From the IMG/VR virus record IMGVR_UViG_3300043409_000886, positions 1 to 61,725 of that record: DNA of 61,725 nucleotides; one strand, 5' to 3'. Origin of the DNA: a virus (Duplodnaviria; Caudoviricetes). A model generated the notes under the pieces. That model was not told the DNA's origin. It worked only from the letters and a program-made list of their open reading frames with translations, and made no database searches. Shown piece by piece: positions 46,472-56,463 of this stretch. Position numbers and translations under genes: made by a program. How positions within the stretch are numbered: the first letter of the stretch is position 1; every line of letters starts with the position of its first letter.

Positions 46472-47929
46472 TTAGAATGTACCTCCGAAAATACCAGTTG
46501 TAGCCGTCACAGTCGTAGCCGCCACAGTTGTGAAGGCTCCCGTTGTTGTTGATGTTGCACCCACAGTGCCGTTGATGTTTATTGAAGCGGTTCCAGTCAG
46601 GTTAGTGACCGTACCGCTCGACGGAGTACCCAAAGCCCCGCCGTTGACTACAAACGCCCCCGCAGAGCCTGTGTTGACCCCCAGAGCCGTTACAACACCT
46701 GTACCCGTAGTCGTAGTGCTTGGGGCTACGCCAGCACCACCGCCGATAACAATCGCACTGGCAGCAAGTACGGCAGAGGTTGCCCACGTCGATGCACTAG
46801 AGAAGTAAGGGACGCCGCCGGAGGTTCCAGCGACGGTCAGGGCGGGTGTCGTCGTGGCCGTGGCCACCGAGACAATGCCCCCGGTAAAACCAACGCTGGT
46901 GACGGAGCCACTTCCCTTGTTATTGAACGTGTTCCAGTTGGTTGAGGTCAGGTACCCGTCGACGCTGGTCGTGGCGGCGGGGATGCTGATTGCGGGGGTG
47001 TTGCCCCCCGAGCTTACAACCGGCGCGGTGCCCGTCACGCTGGTTACCGCGGAGGCCCACGTGCCGTCACCGCGCCAGTAGGTCGTGGAGCCCGCGCTTG
47101 TGCCGCTGTTGAGGTTGGTCACCGGGAGGTTCCCCGACACGGCGCTGCCAAGAGCGATCTTGCCGTAGCTGGGTGCCACACCCACACCACCCGAGATGAG
47201 GGCGTTCCCCGTCGCGACGTCGGCCAGCGGGGAGAGCACGCCCGAGGCGGAGGCGTAGAGGATGTCCCCCACGTTGTAGGTGGAGATGTTGGTTCCGCCG
47301 TTGGCTACGGACACAGGCACGACGAGTGATATGGTGCCAGAGCCCGTGATGGTCCCGCCCGTGAGCCCCGTCCCGGTGGCCACCGAGGTCACGGTGCCGG
47401 CGCCGGCGGGTGTCGTCCACGTGCCGTCACCGCGCCAGAAAGTGCTTGCGCTGGCCCCGGTGCCGCTGTTGAGGTTGGTGACGGGGAGGTTCCCCGTGAT
47501 GCCTGTGGTGAGGGGGAGCCCCACCAAGTAGGTCGCCACCCCACCACTTGGGATGCCAAGGAACGGGGTGACGAGGGTGGGCGATGTCGCGCGCACCACG
47601 TCCCCGGTGCCTGTCGTGCCGCTGGTTATCTGTGACCCCGCGATGGCGATGGGTGTCGTGGAGGCCGTGGAGACCCGCCCCTTGGCGTCGAGCGTGACCA
47701 GCGTGGCGGTCGAGGCCGTGCCGTAGGTGCCCGCCACGGCCCCGTTGAGCGCCAGTGAGGGGTTAGGGTAGGTGCCGCTAAGGTCGCCCCCGGCCGCCCC
47801 GTTCGGGGGTCCCGAGGGGAAGTCTGTGAGGAGTATCTGCTTTGTCGTGCCGCCTTGGACGACAACCGTCACCTCCCCGCCTATCAGGGAGATTGCAACG
47901 GGTAGCTGGGTAATCGGACGGTCGGCCAT
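46472..47929 (-). CDS. Tail fibre protein
   Basis: [17 protein letters not shown], duplicated [12 protein letters not shown]...WRGDGTW. Confidence 0.75.
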   Translation of the reverse strand: MADRPITQLPVAISLIGGEVTVVVQGGTTKQILLTDFPSGPPNGAAGGDLSGTYPNPSLALNGAVAGTYGTASTATLVTLDAKGRVSTASTTPIAIAGSQITSGTTGTGDVVRATSPTLVTPFLGIPSGGVATYLVGLPLTTGITGNLPVTNLNSGTGASASTFWRGDGTWTTPAGAGTVTSVATGTGLTGGTITGSGTISLVVPVSVANGGTNISTYNVGDILYASASGVLSPLADVATGNALISGGVGVAPSYGKIALGSAVSGNLPVTNLNSGTSAGSTTYWRGDGTWASAVTSVTGTAPVVSSGGNTPAISIPAATTSVDGYLTSTNWNTFNNKGSGSVTSVGFTGGIVSVATATTTPALTVAGTSGGVPYFSSASTWATSAVLAASAIVIGGGAGVAPSTTTTGTGVVTALGVNTGSAGAFVVNGGALGTPSSGTVTNLTGTASININGTVGATSTTTGAFTTVAATTVTATTGIFGGTF

Positions 47930-47941
47930 GGACTCTTTCTC

Positions 47942-48262
47942 TTATTGTTCTAAGTCGCCGGGCGCGCCGGGTTCGCCGTAGGGTGTGCCCTCGATGAACA
48001 TTGCATTCCCGTCCTCCGTCCAGAGCTGACTGTCTGGCAGCGCAACGGATACGTCGGGGCGCGGGAAGCGCAGTGCTATGTTCTCTGTCTGCCTAGCGGG
48101 CAGGCGCCACGGGTCGAACTTATCTAGATCGACCGAGCAGACGCGCATGCCCGGGAAGTTAGGGTCGGGCATGAGCTCTGTGTAGGCAAACTTCCTGCTG
48201 CACCGGTCGCAGATCGCAACCGAGAGCACGGAGTTGCCGCGGGTGTCTAGGTAGACGGACAC
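47942..48262 (-). CDS. Virion-associated protein with Cys motif
   Basis: AICDRC...VC..D.D..DP...LRFPRPD. Confidence 0.7.
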   Translation of the reverse strand: MSVYLDTRGNSVLSVAICDRCSRKFAYTELMPDPNFPGMRVCSVDLDKFDPWRLPARQTENIALRFPRPDVSVALPDSQLWTEDGNAMFIEGTPYGEPGAPGDLEQ

Positions 48263-48265
48263 CCG

Positions 48266-48544
48266 TCACCCGTAGAACACTGTGATAGCTGTCGAGGCGG
48301 GCAGGGTGACGTGGACGTCCGTGAAGAACCGGATGCCATTCCCGGGTATCAGTGTGGAGATGATCGCCGTGTTGACGGTCGTGTCTATCTCGAGCCGCAC
48401 GGTGCCACTGGCCCCGCCGTCACGGAAGACGATGGCGCCGGCGCCCCCGGGCGCCACTTGGTACCCCTTGACGCGCGTCGTGGCCGCGTAGGCGGTCCCC
48501 GTTGCGTTTAGGTGTGCTGCATATACATCTGTCGAAAATGTCAT
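48266..48544 (-). CDS. Small structural protein
   Basis: IPGNGIRF...TVFYG; AAGGA RBS. Confidence 0.7.
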   Translation of the reverse strand: MTFSTDVYAAHLNATGTAYAATTRVKGYQVAPGGAGAIVFRDGGASGTVRLEIDTTVNTAIISTLIPGNGIRFFTDVHVTLPASTAITVFYG

Positions 48545-48600
48545 AACTAATTTCCTTTATATTAAACGAACCGCCCCCGAGGGGGCGGAAAGGCCGTTAA

Positions 48601-49158
48601 TTATGAGTTCGTGAGGCCGGCACCGTAGGCGGTGATGGAGCCGTCGTAGTTGCGGGGGGTGTAGCTCACCTGAAAGGTTCCGCCCAGCGAGCCGCTGGTG
48701 AGGGTCGTGACCGTGGCCGCCGTGAAGGTCAGGGTGACGTCGGAGGTGCCCACGTTGTTGACCAGCGCCGCGACTGCGGCCGTGGCGGTGAACACACCAG
48801 CGATTACGCCGCCGGCCGCTGTCGGGGTGATCGTCCCGATGGTGGTCGTGACAGCCGCGCTGTCCACGAGGGCGACGGTGATGACACCACCGACGAGGCC
48901 GCCGGCCGCGACGGTCTGAAACATCCGAAACGAGTGGATGTTAGAGCCGGCCGGGATGACGTACGGGGTCACCGTCGTCGAGCCCACGTCGGCCGTGGTC
49001 AGAACGGTCGTTACGGCCGTGACGGCCGCGATCGGGTTGGTGATGTAGCTTTCCTGCGTGGCGGTCAGGGCGCCCGTGTTGTCCGGGGCAATCGTGCCGT
49101 CGTTGGTGGGGTTGTTGCGTTTGAATATGCGCAGGGGGGAGGTAAAGGTGCTGGACAT
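48601..49158 (-). CDS. Structural protein (capsid-associated?)
   Basis: AAGGAAA RBS before MSSTFTSPLR; Thr/Ala-rich. Confidence 0.7.
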   Translation of the reverse strand: MSSTFTSPLRIFKRNNPTNDGTIAPDNTGALTATQESYITNPIAAVTAVTTVLTTADVGSTTVTPYVIPAGSNIHSFRMFQTVAAGGLVGGVITVALVDSAAVTTTIGTITPTAAGGVIAGVFTATAAVAALVNNVGTSDVTLTFTAATVTTLTSGSLGGTFQVSYTPRNYDGSITAYGAGLTNS

Positions 49159-49253
49159 GTCGGTTTCCTTACTTAGAGGTTGCCCCAAACAGTCACTAAG
49201 CTGTCGACCCGGAAGTGTTGGCCGTCTGGGTGGGGTGAATCTTCCTATAACTA

Positions 49254-49281
49254 CTTATACAAAAACTGGGCTAAATTCGCC
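49254..49281 (-). promoter_or_regulatory. Phage promoter class GGCG-N18-YATAAG
   Basis: GGGGCG-N18-TATAAGT. Confidence 0.7.
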
Positions 49282-49292
49282 CCAAAACCTAC

Positions 49293-49330
49293 AAAAGAAA
49301 AGGGGCTCCGACAAATCGGAACCCCTTTTT
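49293..49330 (-). terminator. Intrinsic terminator after the capsid gene
   Basis: On the - strand: GGGGTTCCGA-TTTG-TCGGAGCCCC-TTTTCTTTT. Confidence 0.75.
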
Positions 49331-49455
49331 CTAAAGCGCCGGCTGTGTGGCAACGGGTTTATCGTTCCCACCCACACTCCACTTGCTACCGGATTGCCAG
49401 TTCTTTAGAGAGGGGGCCCCGATAACTCAGTGCCCCCTCCTTATACCATCGGACT

Positions 49456-50373
49456 TTACAGGCCGGCGGTACCGAACAGGTTACGCGCGTCGTGCCAGCC
49501 GGTAGCGTAACGCTCCGTGGCCTTGTAGCGCATGCTGTCGGTCTCGAAGTCCCCCTCCATGGATTTCTCCATGGGGCGACGCATCACCAGCATGAGGCCG
49601 TTCTCGGCGTCGGTTTGGATAAACCATGCCTTCGAGGAGCTCAGACGGGTAACTACGTGGGTGCCCTTCGGGAGCATGCCGGTCGACTTGATCGGGTTAA
49701 GATCGTTGTCGGCGGTGCCAGAACGAAGGACGGACTTGAGGATGACCTCGGCCTGAAACTCCAGAGCCGGGGGAACCACCAGCTGCTCACCCTTCAGGCG
49801 GATACGCTTACCGTTGTTGTCGACGGCGGAGCGAATCTGGATGAGGAGTTGCTCGACCGAGGTCTGCGAAAGCGAGGCCGCGGTGGAGAGCGAGTTGCTG
49901 TAGGTCTGACCGCTGGAGATCGGGTGTGCCGTGTTAATCAACGTCACGCCGTCGCCGCCGTTGTAGCCGGCAGTGAACGCGAAGTTGAGGATGTTGGCGC
50001 ACAGGGTCTCTTTGGTCTCAATCATCGACTGAGCGAGGTGCTTGGCGAAGGTGCTGCCGATACGGATATGATCCCCGTCTTCCATCAGAACCTTCGTCAA
50101 CGCGTAAGCGAGGCCGTAGATTTTGTAGACGAAGCGGGTGATGTACAGCGTACCACCCTGATCGTAGCTTACCGGGGTGCCGTCGGGCATCTCGGGGGCC
50201 GCGTTCATACCGAACAGCATGACCTCTTCGTGGTAGTTGCGCGGAATACCAGTGATTTGTTCTACAAATCCCTTCCACTCATCATCACGTTGGGCGTACA
50301 CGCCATCAAAGACTTCGTTGATAATCGGCTCGACTACCGCACGAAAGTCTGTACTACGCATTGGAGTTGCCAT
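49456..50373 (-). CDS. Major capsid protein
   Basis: HK97/Mu gpT-like: GGDGVTL....HP, LVVPP.L.F.A..IL.S...GTADND.N, DFET...RYKATERY..GW.D.R. Confidence 0.85.
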   Translation of the reverse strand: MATPMRSTDFRAVVEPIINEVFDGVYAQRDDEWKGFVEQITGIPRNYHEEVMLFGMNAAPEMPDGTPVSYDQGGTLYITRFVYKIYGLAYALTKVLMEDGDHIRIGSTFAKHLAQSMIETKETLCANILNFAFTAGYNGGDGVTLINTAHPISSGQTYSNSLSTAASLSQTSVEQLLIQIRSAVDNNGKRIRLKGEQLVVPPALEFQAEVILKSVLRSGTADNDLNPIKSTGMLPKGTHVVTRLSSSKAWFIQTDAENGLMLVMRRPMEKSMEGDFETDSMRYKATERYATGWHDARNLFGTAGL

Positions 50374-50392
50374 TGCTTAATCCTTTCGTTAG

Positions 50393-51055
50393 TTAGGGAG
50401 CCGTTTTATTGGCGGTGAAGCTGTTGTTGGCGATCTGGACTTGGACGATCGTGTAGGCATCATTCCAAGCATTAACGGCAGAACCGGCCGGCACGGCAAC
50501 ATCGCGACCCAGACCATACACACGCAGCTGGCCTTGAGCACTGGCCGCAACAGCGGTCGGGTTCAGGGCAGTGGTGGAGAAGCCCGCGCCACCGACGCCA
50601 ATGGCTGTGCCAGAGGTCGTGAGGTAGCCAGCGGTCGGCGAGAAGTTATACTGCAGGCCGATGCTGTTCGCGTCGATGGAGCCTGTCGCCTGAATCTCGT
50701 AGACCAGTGAGGGGTCTTGGAAAATCCAGAACGTGATTTCCGTCACAGCAGCAGCAGTCGCGGCGGTGATGTACTTGGCTACCGAACGCCGACCATCGGT
50801 GTTGGTGTATTCCACACCGTCGAAGCTACCGAACACCTGCGACGCAGTGGCGCCACCAGTTCCAGCGGTTGCCGCAACAGTCAAAAGACCTGCAGTCCCG
50901 ATACCCAACGGGGTGTACTGGTAAAATGCACCAGACGCCAACGTGTAGGTCTTCGTAGTACCATCAGCTTGCTGGCCGGCGAAAGGGATCGCACGGTCGA
51001 GGCCACTGGGGTGATACGCGGGCTTCAGGCCAAAGGGCTTGAGTACTGTACTCAT
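50393..51055 (-). CDS. Capsid decoration/cement-like protein
   Basis: PFGLKP, G.F.GVEY, DP.LVYEIQA; lies directly upstream of the capsid gene. Confidence 0.65.
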   Translation of the reverse strand: MSTVLKPFGLKPAYHPSGLDRAIPFAGQQADGTTKTYTLASGAFYQYTPLGIGTAGLLTVAATAGTGGATASQVFGSFDGVEYTNTDGRRSVAKYITAATAAAVTEITFWIFQDPSLVYEIQATGSIDANSIGLQYNFSPTAGYLTTSGTAIGVGGAGFSTTALNPTAVAASAQGQLRVYGLGRDVAVPAGSAVNAWNDAYTIVQVQIANNSFTANKTAP

Positions 51056-51078
51056 TGTTAATTCCTTTGTCTAAATGG

Positions 51079-51636
51079 TTATTGAAAACGGATGTTTTTG
51101 TTTGCTCGATTTGCTTCTCTCTCCATCTCCAGAAGACCCCCCTCCAAGATTGACTTGCCGCCCTTACCCGGCTCGGCAGAACCGCGCAACTGCGAGGTGA
51201 CATTCCGCTGATGTTCCAGCGGGTCCTCGAGGTGCAGCATGTGCATCACTTCTTGGTAGACATCTTCCGGCAACTTAAAAAGAACCATCTCGTTACAAGA
51301 TACACAGCCTTCAAACTTGCCCGAACTCATCTTGCCCAGCATTTCAAAGCCTTTTCCCAACTCGGAGGCTTTCACCGGCTCATAGCCCAACGCGATACGT
51401 TTGTCGATACTGTCGTACTGGTTTGTGGTGCTCAACCAGCACAGGTGCATCCCGGGGATTGACTCCCTAGGAATTTCTGGCAGTGCACTGTTCTGCCATT
51501 TATCGCGGAACGCATCGAGGCGTTCCCTACGTACATTTTCACTCGAGCCACCACTCTCAGCGGTACTCTTCATGACCTCTTGCGCCCGGTCGGCCATTCG
51601 CTCGTCTAGGTCGCGCTTAATTCTTGTATTTGCCAT
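51079..51636 (-). CDS. Head-associated hypothetical protein
   Basis: PG...CW.ST....D......LGYEPV. Confidence 0.7.
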   Translation of the reverse strand: MANTRIKRDLDERMADRAQEVMKSTAESGGSSENVRRERLDAFRDKWQNSALPEIPRESIPGMHLCWLSTTNQYDSIDKRIALGYEPVKASELGKGFEMLGKMSSGKFEGCVSCNEMVLFKLPEDVYQEVMHMLHLEDPLEHQRNVTSQLRGSAEPGKGGKSILEGGLLEMEREANRANKNIRFQ

Positions 51637-51648
51637 GATATATTATCC

Positions 51649-52644
51649 TTAGGTACGGTTCTGACGGTCGTAGCTGGCGTAGGCCTTAATCATCTTGCTA
51701 CGCTTGGTGGGGTCATCCCACGAACCGGCGTCCTTGATGGCCTGAACCCGCTCACGGCTTAAAGTGATTGACGTTGCGGACTTGACCCCCGGGTTCGCCG
51801 ACTTGTTAGACGACGTGGGGCCAGCTCTGCGCATTGTCTTACCCTCTCGTGAAACGTACCTATGTGGAAGTCTGTCCGACAGCCTGTTGTCCAATTCGTC
51901 CCAATACTCTGAGTCGGATGGGTCCCAGCCGTCGGCCGTGAGCTCCTGATCTACTACCTTGGCAATCTTTGAGTCTGTATCCCTTGCCTGCGGGTCGTAC
52001 CACTTGTTGTTCTTCAGCCACCCCGTCGCGTTGCGCTGAACCTCTATCGAGATAGTGTTCGGGACGTTCTGCGGGGGCCGCTTGACCTGCTCCAGCTGGT
52101 GCTTCTTGTAGGCCTGCGCCTGACTCAGCCGGTTCTTGGAGTCCTGCAGCTGGTCGAGGTACTCAACCTGCTCCTCCGCGTTACCGGCCTGCGCGGCCTG
52201 CATCATCTTCATCTTGGCGTACTCGACGCGTGTCGCCTCGTCCTCTATCGCCTTGTCTATCTGGGCGAACTGGTAGGACGCCGCCGTGGACTCCACGGCC
52301 GCTAACCGCCGAGCCAGCTCCTCGTTACGCTTCTCGAGGCTGCTGATCTTGTTTTTCGACGAGGCCTCGCGCTGCTTGGAGAGCTCCTTCTTTAACCGCC
52401 GCTCCTCACGCCGTGCCTCACGTATTGCCTCACGGTCCTCATCGTTCTCGTCCGAGCTATCCCCAGACCCATCGTCGCTGTCTTCCGAGCCACGGTCGAG
52501 GCTGACCTCGTTCTCGTCGTGCTCGGGCGACTTACCCTCCTGATCCTCCGGGAAGGCGTTCTCGTCAGGACCCACCGCGGCGATGACGCTGCCGTCGGCC
52601 TGCTCCTTGATCTTTATATCTTTGTCTTTATTTTCTTCGGACAT
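51649..52644 (-). CDS. Putative scaffolding protein
   Basis: Acidic N-terminus, long coiled coil, W...N.W, DP.DSEYW.ELD.RL. Confidence 0.65.
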   Translation of the reverse strand: MSEENKDKDIKIKEQADGSVIAAVGPDENAFPEDQEGKSPEHDENEVSLDRGSEDSDDGSGDSSDENDEDREAIREARREERRLKKELSKQREASSKNKISSLEKRNEELARRLAAVESTAASYQFAQIDKAIEDEATRVEYAKMKMMQAAQAGNAEEQVEYLDQLQDSKNRLSQAQAYKKHQLEQVKRPPQNVPNTISIEVQRNATGWLKNNKWYDPQARDTDSKIAKVVDQELTADGWDPSDSEYWDELDNRLSDRLPHRYVSREGKTMRRAGPTSSNKSANPGVKSATSITLSRERVQAIKDAGSWDDPTKRSKMIKAYASYDRQNRT

Positions 52645-52664
52645 GCTCTACTTTCTTCAAAGTA

Positions 52665-53093
52665 TTAGTCTACAAAGGATTTCATCTTGCGCGCGTCCTC
52701 GAAGCTGCGAATCTTCGCAATCACTTCTCTGGCGCCTACAATGATGAAAACTACGGGGTCGTTGTCGTCGTCTAGGTCGACTGTCCACCTGTCGCCGCCC
52801 CACTTGATGGTGCGGACGAGGTCCCCAACGCTGCACCACGCGCCCTCAGGCCACGTTTCTAGCGTGTCTGGCGATTTGTACGCCAGCGGACCAATTGAAA
52901 CTACCTTCGCAACGACCTCGTTGTATTTCACGGTGTCCTTGGTCTCTTGAACCAGAACGATGCCACCGCGCGATTTGGACTTAGTCCTACGCAGTTGCAC
53001 CAGAACCCGGTCACCTACAATGTCTACCCCGGGGTCAACCTGTGGAAATACCTCTGCCTCTGTCCTCAAATCGGGCTCGATTTTTTCTTTCAT
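52665..53093 (-). CDS. groES: GroES-like co-chaperonin
   Basis: GDRVLV...KSRGGIVL...AKVVSIGPLAY...WCSVGD.V. Confidence 0.85.
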   Translation of the reverse strand: MKEKIEPDLRTEAEVFPQVDPGVDIVGDRVLVQLRRTKSKSRGGIVLVQETKDTVKYNEVVAKVVSIGPLAYKSPDTLETWPEGAWCSVGDLVRTIKWGGDRWTVDLDDDNDPVVFIIVGAREVIAKIRSFEDARKMKSFVD

Positions 53094-53284
53094 GTGTCCT
53101 TCTCGTCATCCTCCGTAAGGATGTCATTGATAATGTCGAGGGTCTCTGACAGGCCCTCCCTTTTACCCACGAGGCGTTGGTACGCCTCAAAGCTGTGGAT
53201 GTTTGTGCCGGAGGCTACGGAACTTTCCAGCAAAATCTTTGCGGCGCCTACGCGCCTCAGTATCTCGCGAATTATGTCTTGCAT
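53090..53284 (-). CDS. Hypothetical protein (likely leaderless)
   Basis: Y..LVG...GL motif; ATG 7 nt after CATAAG. Confidence 0.7.
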   Translation of the reverse strand: MQDIIREILRRVGAAKILLESSVASGTNIHSFEAYQRLVGKREGLSETLDIINDILTEDDEKDT

Positions 53285-53291
53285 ATATTAA

Positions 53292-53319
53292 CTTATGCAA
53301 AACAAATGCAACATCCGCC
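53292..53319 (-). promoter_or_regulatory. Phage promoter class GGCG-N18-YATAAG
   Basis: GGGCG-N18-CATAAGT. Confidence 0.7.
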
Positions 53320-53322
53320 CTA

Positions 53323-53526
53323 CTATTTTGTATATTCCACCAAATTCTTGGGGCCGATCTTGCCGGCGAGGCGCAGCTTGGCCTGCGAGGCGCCGATTTT
53401 CCAGTTGTTGTCGCGGTGCGAGCCGGACACGCCCTTCTCTATTTTCGCTGCCGGGCCGCCGCCGGAGCTGGCCTTGCCAGTCTCTTGGTACGTCTGCCGG
53501 AAGCCTTTAAGGTTCTCGTCGCTCAT
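53323..53526 (-). CDS. Small basic protein
   Basis: AGGAG RBS. Confidence 0.65.
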   Translation of the reverse strand: MSDENLKGFRQTYQETGKASSGGGPAAKIEKGVSGSHRDNNWKIGASQAKLRLAGKIGPKNLVEYTK

Positions 53527-53535
53527 GGGTGTCTC

Positions 53536-56460
53536 CTAAATGGGTGTCTGTGGTGGTTGTTGCGGTTGTGGCTGCGCGGCTTGTTGCTGCAGCGCCTGCC
53601 CGTGCTCCTGTCCTGACTGCATGGACTGGTTCTGCGCGTCCTGAGCGCCCTGTTGCAGCGCCTGCCCGTGCTCTTGGCCTGACTGCAGCAGGTCTAGTTG
53701 CCCCTGCTGGCTCTTCTGCTCCATGCCCTGTTGGTGGTCCTGCGCGGCCTGCGCCTGCTTCGCCACCTGCTCCGCGGCCTTCTGGAACTGCTGCTGCTCC
53801 ACGGCCAGCCCGTGCTGCCTTATGTCCGTGTTGGAGGCGTGTATAGCCTCCATGGCGGAGAGCCCCTGCTCGTGCTCAAGCTGCGCCTGCTGGCTGTCTA
53901 GCTGCACCCCGGCGTTTATCATCGCCACGCGCTCCTTGGCGGCGTTGTCGATGTTCGCAAGGGCAATGGTCGTGGCGTTCTTCTGGCTGTCGATGGCGAC
54001 CTGCGTCTGGTACTTGACCGCGAGCTCCTGAACCTTCTGGGAGAGCTCGGCGACCTGCAAGTCGTAGTCCTGCTTCGTCTTCTGCATGTCGCTCTGCATC
54101 TGGGTCTGGAACTCCTGCGCCTTGCGCTGGGTCTCCGCCATCTGGGTCTTCATCAGCACCTGAGCGGTTGGGTCTGCCAGCGCCGCGGACTCCTGCTGCG
54201 CCTGTTGCGCCTGCTGCACCTTCTGCGCCAGCTGCTGCACCTGAGGCTGTATCTGCGCGAAGGCCTGCTGGGAGTCCTGCATCACCATCTGGGAGGCCAG
54301 AGCCAGCGCCTTCTGGGAGTCCTTGTCGAGGGGGCGCTCCTCGTGGAGCTTCATCGTGTCCTCACCGCCGGAGGCCTGCGCCACGTAGCTGCGCATGGAC
54401 TGCAGGTAGTAGAGGGTCATGTGCTGCTTGATGTGGTCCAGTACGTGCGGGGCGAAGGCCGGCCCGATGACCGGGTTGCTGCCATAGTTCGGGTCGGTCG
54501 CAAACATCAGGTGCGTCTGGATGTGGCTGATGTGGTCTTGGTCTGGGTAGGCCGCGGCGGGTCGTCCCATGACCATCGCCACGTTCTCGAGTGCCGGGTT
54601 GGACTCCTTGATGCCGTCCGGGTCGGGCAGAATCTCGTTGATCGAGGGCACCTTCATCTGCTTCAAGATGCGGCGGTGCGCCGCCCTGAGGTCGTACAGC
54701 TGCGGTGCCTGTGTGGCCAGCTGCAGCACGGCCTGAGCCTGAGCCAGACGCTGGGTCTCGGAGAATATGTTTGGGTCCGATACCGGGCGGATGTCGTTGT
54801 TGTCCGCGAAGTCCCGCACCTCAATCTCGGTGCCGGACTGGTTGTCCATGTCCTCGAGGTACCAGTGGTTGATGCGGGAGACGATCTTAAGGGTCTTTGC
54901 CTGCGAGCGGTGCATGCGGGCGTGGATGCTGGAGAACACCTTAGCGCCCTGCTCGATAAGTGCCTGCGTCGTGCCAACGGGCGTGTTGGCGTTGGCGTCC
55001 TTAATCTTCTCCTCGGCGGTCGTCACGACCCCCTTGGCGGCGTCGGTTAGCCACCCAAGCAAATTGAACAGGACGCTGGAGGGTGGGTTGAACGGGAGTG
55101 CCATCGCCAGCTTGCGGATGTCGTCCACCCCCGGGCTGCCCTCGATTTCCAGAACCTGCGTGGGCTCTATGCGGTCAGACTGTCCAGAAATGCGTCCACC
55201 CTTGAGCTTAAGCATTGTCTGACTGTTGTTGATGTGAGCAGCATCAAGCAGAGCCCTAAGAGCCCCGGTAAGAGCAGCAGAAAGACCACCAATAAGGTGA
55301 GGTAGTCCAATAGCGTATGCACCACGCCAAGGGATGAATTTGTACTCCACGATCCAGTCCAGTTTGGTTCGTTTCTCATCGTTGGCCTCCCAGTTGCGGT
55401 ACAGCGAGAGCACCTTCTCAGAGCTCTCGTCGATTGTCATAATGTACGGCGCGCGCTTGCCCTCGGTCTCTTTGTCCTCCTCAAGGCGCAGGTAGCACGT
55501 TATCTCGTAGACGCGCCGCACGCCGTCGATGTTCTTCTCGGGTGCGCTCTTGCCCTCGATCTTGTCGTTGGCCTGCTCGGAGCGTGTCTTCTTGTCTACC
55601 GCTATCTCGGAGGGGAGGCTGGCGTTCTCCAGATCGCGGTAGATGCCCTGATCTATGCGGCTGAGGTACGTGTCCTCCGTGATGTCCTGCACCTCGGTAG
55701 CTCTGGGGGAGGTGTAGAAGTTTGTCGAGGAGTACGGGAGCAGCATGTTGTCAATTGGAATCCACTCGCAGTCCGGGCGCCGCTGCTCCTCGTCGTACCA
55801 CCACTTCAGGTACTGCGATCCGCCCAGCGGGAGCTGGGTCAGGAGCTGCTCCATCTCGTCTATGTAGCCGGGGATTTGCTCCACCAGCTGCCAGTTCATG
55901 AAGGTCACCTTGCGCTCGGCGGTCTCCATGCGCTTCCTGTCCGCCTCACCGCGGATTTCAGATTTGACAATGCCATCGGGTGGCAGTAATTCTTTTGACG
56001 CGGAGGCTGCGAAGTCTACGCACGCCTCTGCCATGACGGGGTGTACAACCTTAGAGGCTCCGTCGAAGGTTGCGCCTCCGGGGGCGTCTTTACCAAGGCC
56101 GGTTCTACGCAGACCATCTTCGTATTGCTTATCACGTTCCGAACGCGACTCCCGGTCGACGTCAACGTAGTCCAAGTACTCATTGGAAAGCTGGTCAAGT
56201 ACTGACTCATCAAATTTCTCCGCTAGGTTGGCGTAGAACTCGGGGTTCTCCCCGGGGCCCTCTTTGTCTCGGTAGTTGATTACCACCGACCCGTCGTCGA
56301 GCTCGATGACCTCCTGCTCGGCCTGCTCAGGCTCAAGACCCAGCGCCTCCTCGTAGTGCTCAATCTCTTTCTGCTGCTGACGCGCCTCCTCAACTGTCCT
56401 GTCCGACTCGAGGTCGGGGAGGTTAGCGCCTTGCTGCATGGGGAGTGTGGGGAGAGCCAT
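53536..56460 (-). CDS. Portal protein (P22-like, long C-terminal coiled coil)
   Basis: GASKVVHP, LPLGGS, YAIGLPHLIG, PVGTTQALIEQG, PVSDPNIFS; Gln-rich tail. Confidence 0.85.
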   Translation of the reverse strand: MALPTLPMQQGANLPDLESDRTVEEARQQQKEIEHYEEALGLEPEQAEQEVIELDDGSVVINYRDKEGPGENPEFYANLAEKFDESVLDQLSNEYLDYVDVDRESRSERDKQYEDGLRRTGLGKDAPGGATFDGASKVVHPVMAEACVDFAASASKELLPPDGIVKSEIRGEADRKRMETAERKVTFMNWQLVEQIPGYIDEMEQLLTQLPLGGSQYLKWWYDEEQRRPDCEWIPIDNMLLPYSSTNFYTSPRATEVQDITEDTYLSRIDQGIYRDLENASLPSEIAVDKKTRSEQANDKIEGKSAPEKNIDGVRRVYEITCYLRLEEDKETEGKRAPYIMTIDESSEKVLSLYRNWEANDEKRTKLDWIVEYKFIPWRGAYAIGLPHLIGGLSAALTGALRALLDAAHINNSQTMLKLKGGRISGQSDRIEPTQVLEIEGSPGVDDIRKLAMALPFNPPSSVLFNLLGWLTDAAKGVVTTAEEKIKDANANTPVGTTQALIEQGAKVFSSIHARMHRSQAKTLKIVSRINHWYLEDMDNQSGTEIEVRDFADNNDIRPVSDPNIFSETQRLAQAQAVLQLATQAPQLYDLRAAHRRILKQMKVPSINEILPDPDGIKESNPALENVAMVMGRPAAAYPDQDHISHIQTHLMFATDPNYGSNPVIGPAFAPHVLDHIKQHMTLYYLQSMRSYVAQASGGEDTMKLHEERPLDKDSQKALALASQMVMQDSQQAFAQIQPQVQQLAQKVQQAQQAQQESAALADPTAQVLMKTQMAETQRKAQEFQTQMQSDMQKTKQDYDLQVAELSQKVQELAVKYQTQVAIDSQKNATTIALANIDNAAKERVAMINAGVQLDSQQAQLEHEQGLSAMEAIHASNTDIRQHGLAVEQQQFQKAAEQVAKQAQAAQDHQQGMEQKSQQGQLDLLQSGQEHGQALQQGAQDAQNQSMQSGQEHGQALQQQAAQPQPQQPPQTPI

Positions 56461-56463
56461 AAG

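Noticed and set aside
42165-47929. Diversity-generating retroelement acting on tail fibres
   Set aside because: No reverse transcriptase and no adenine-specific TR/VR pair were seen.
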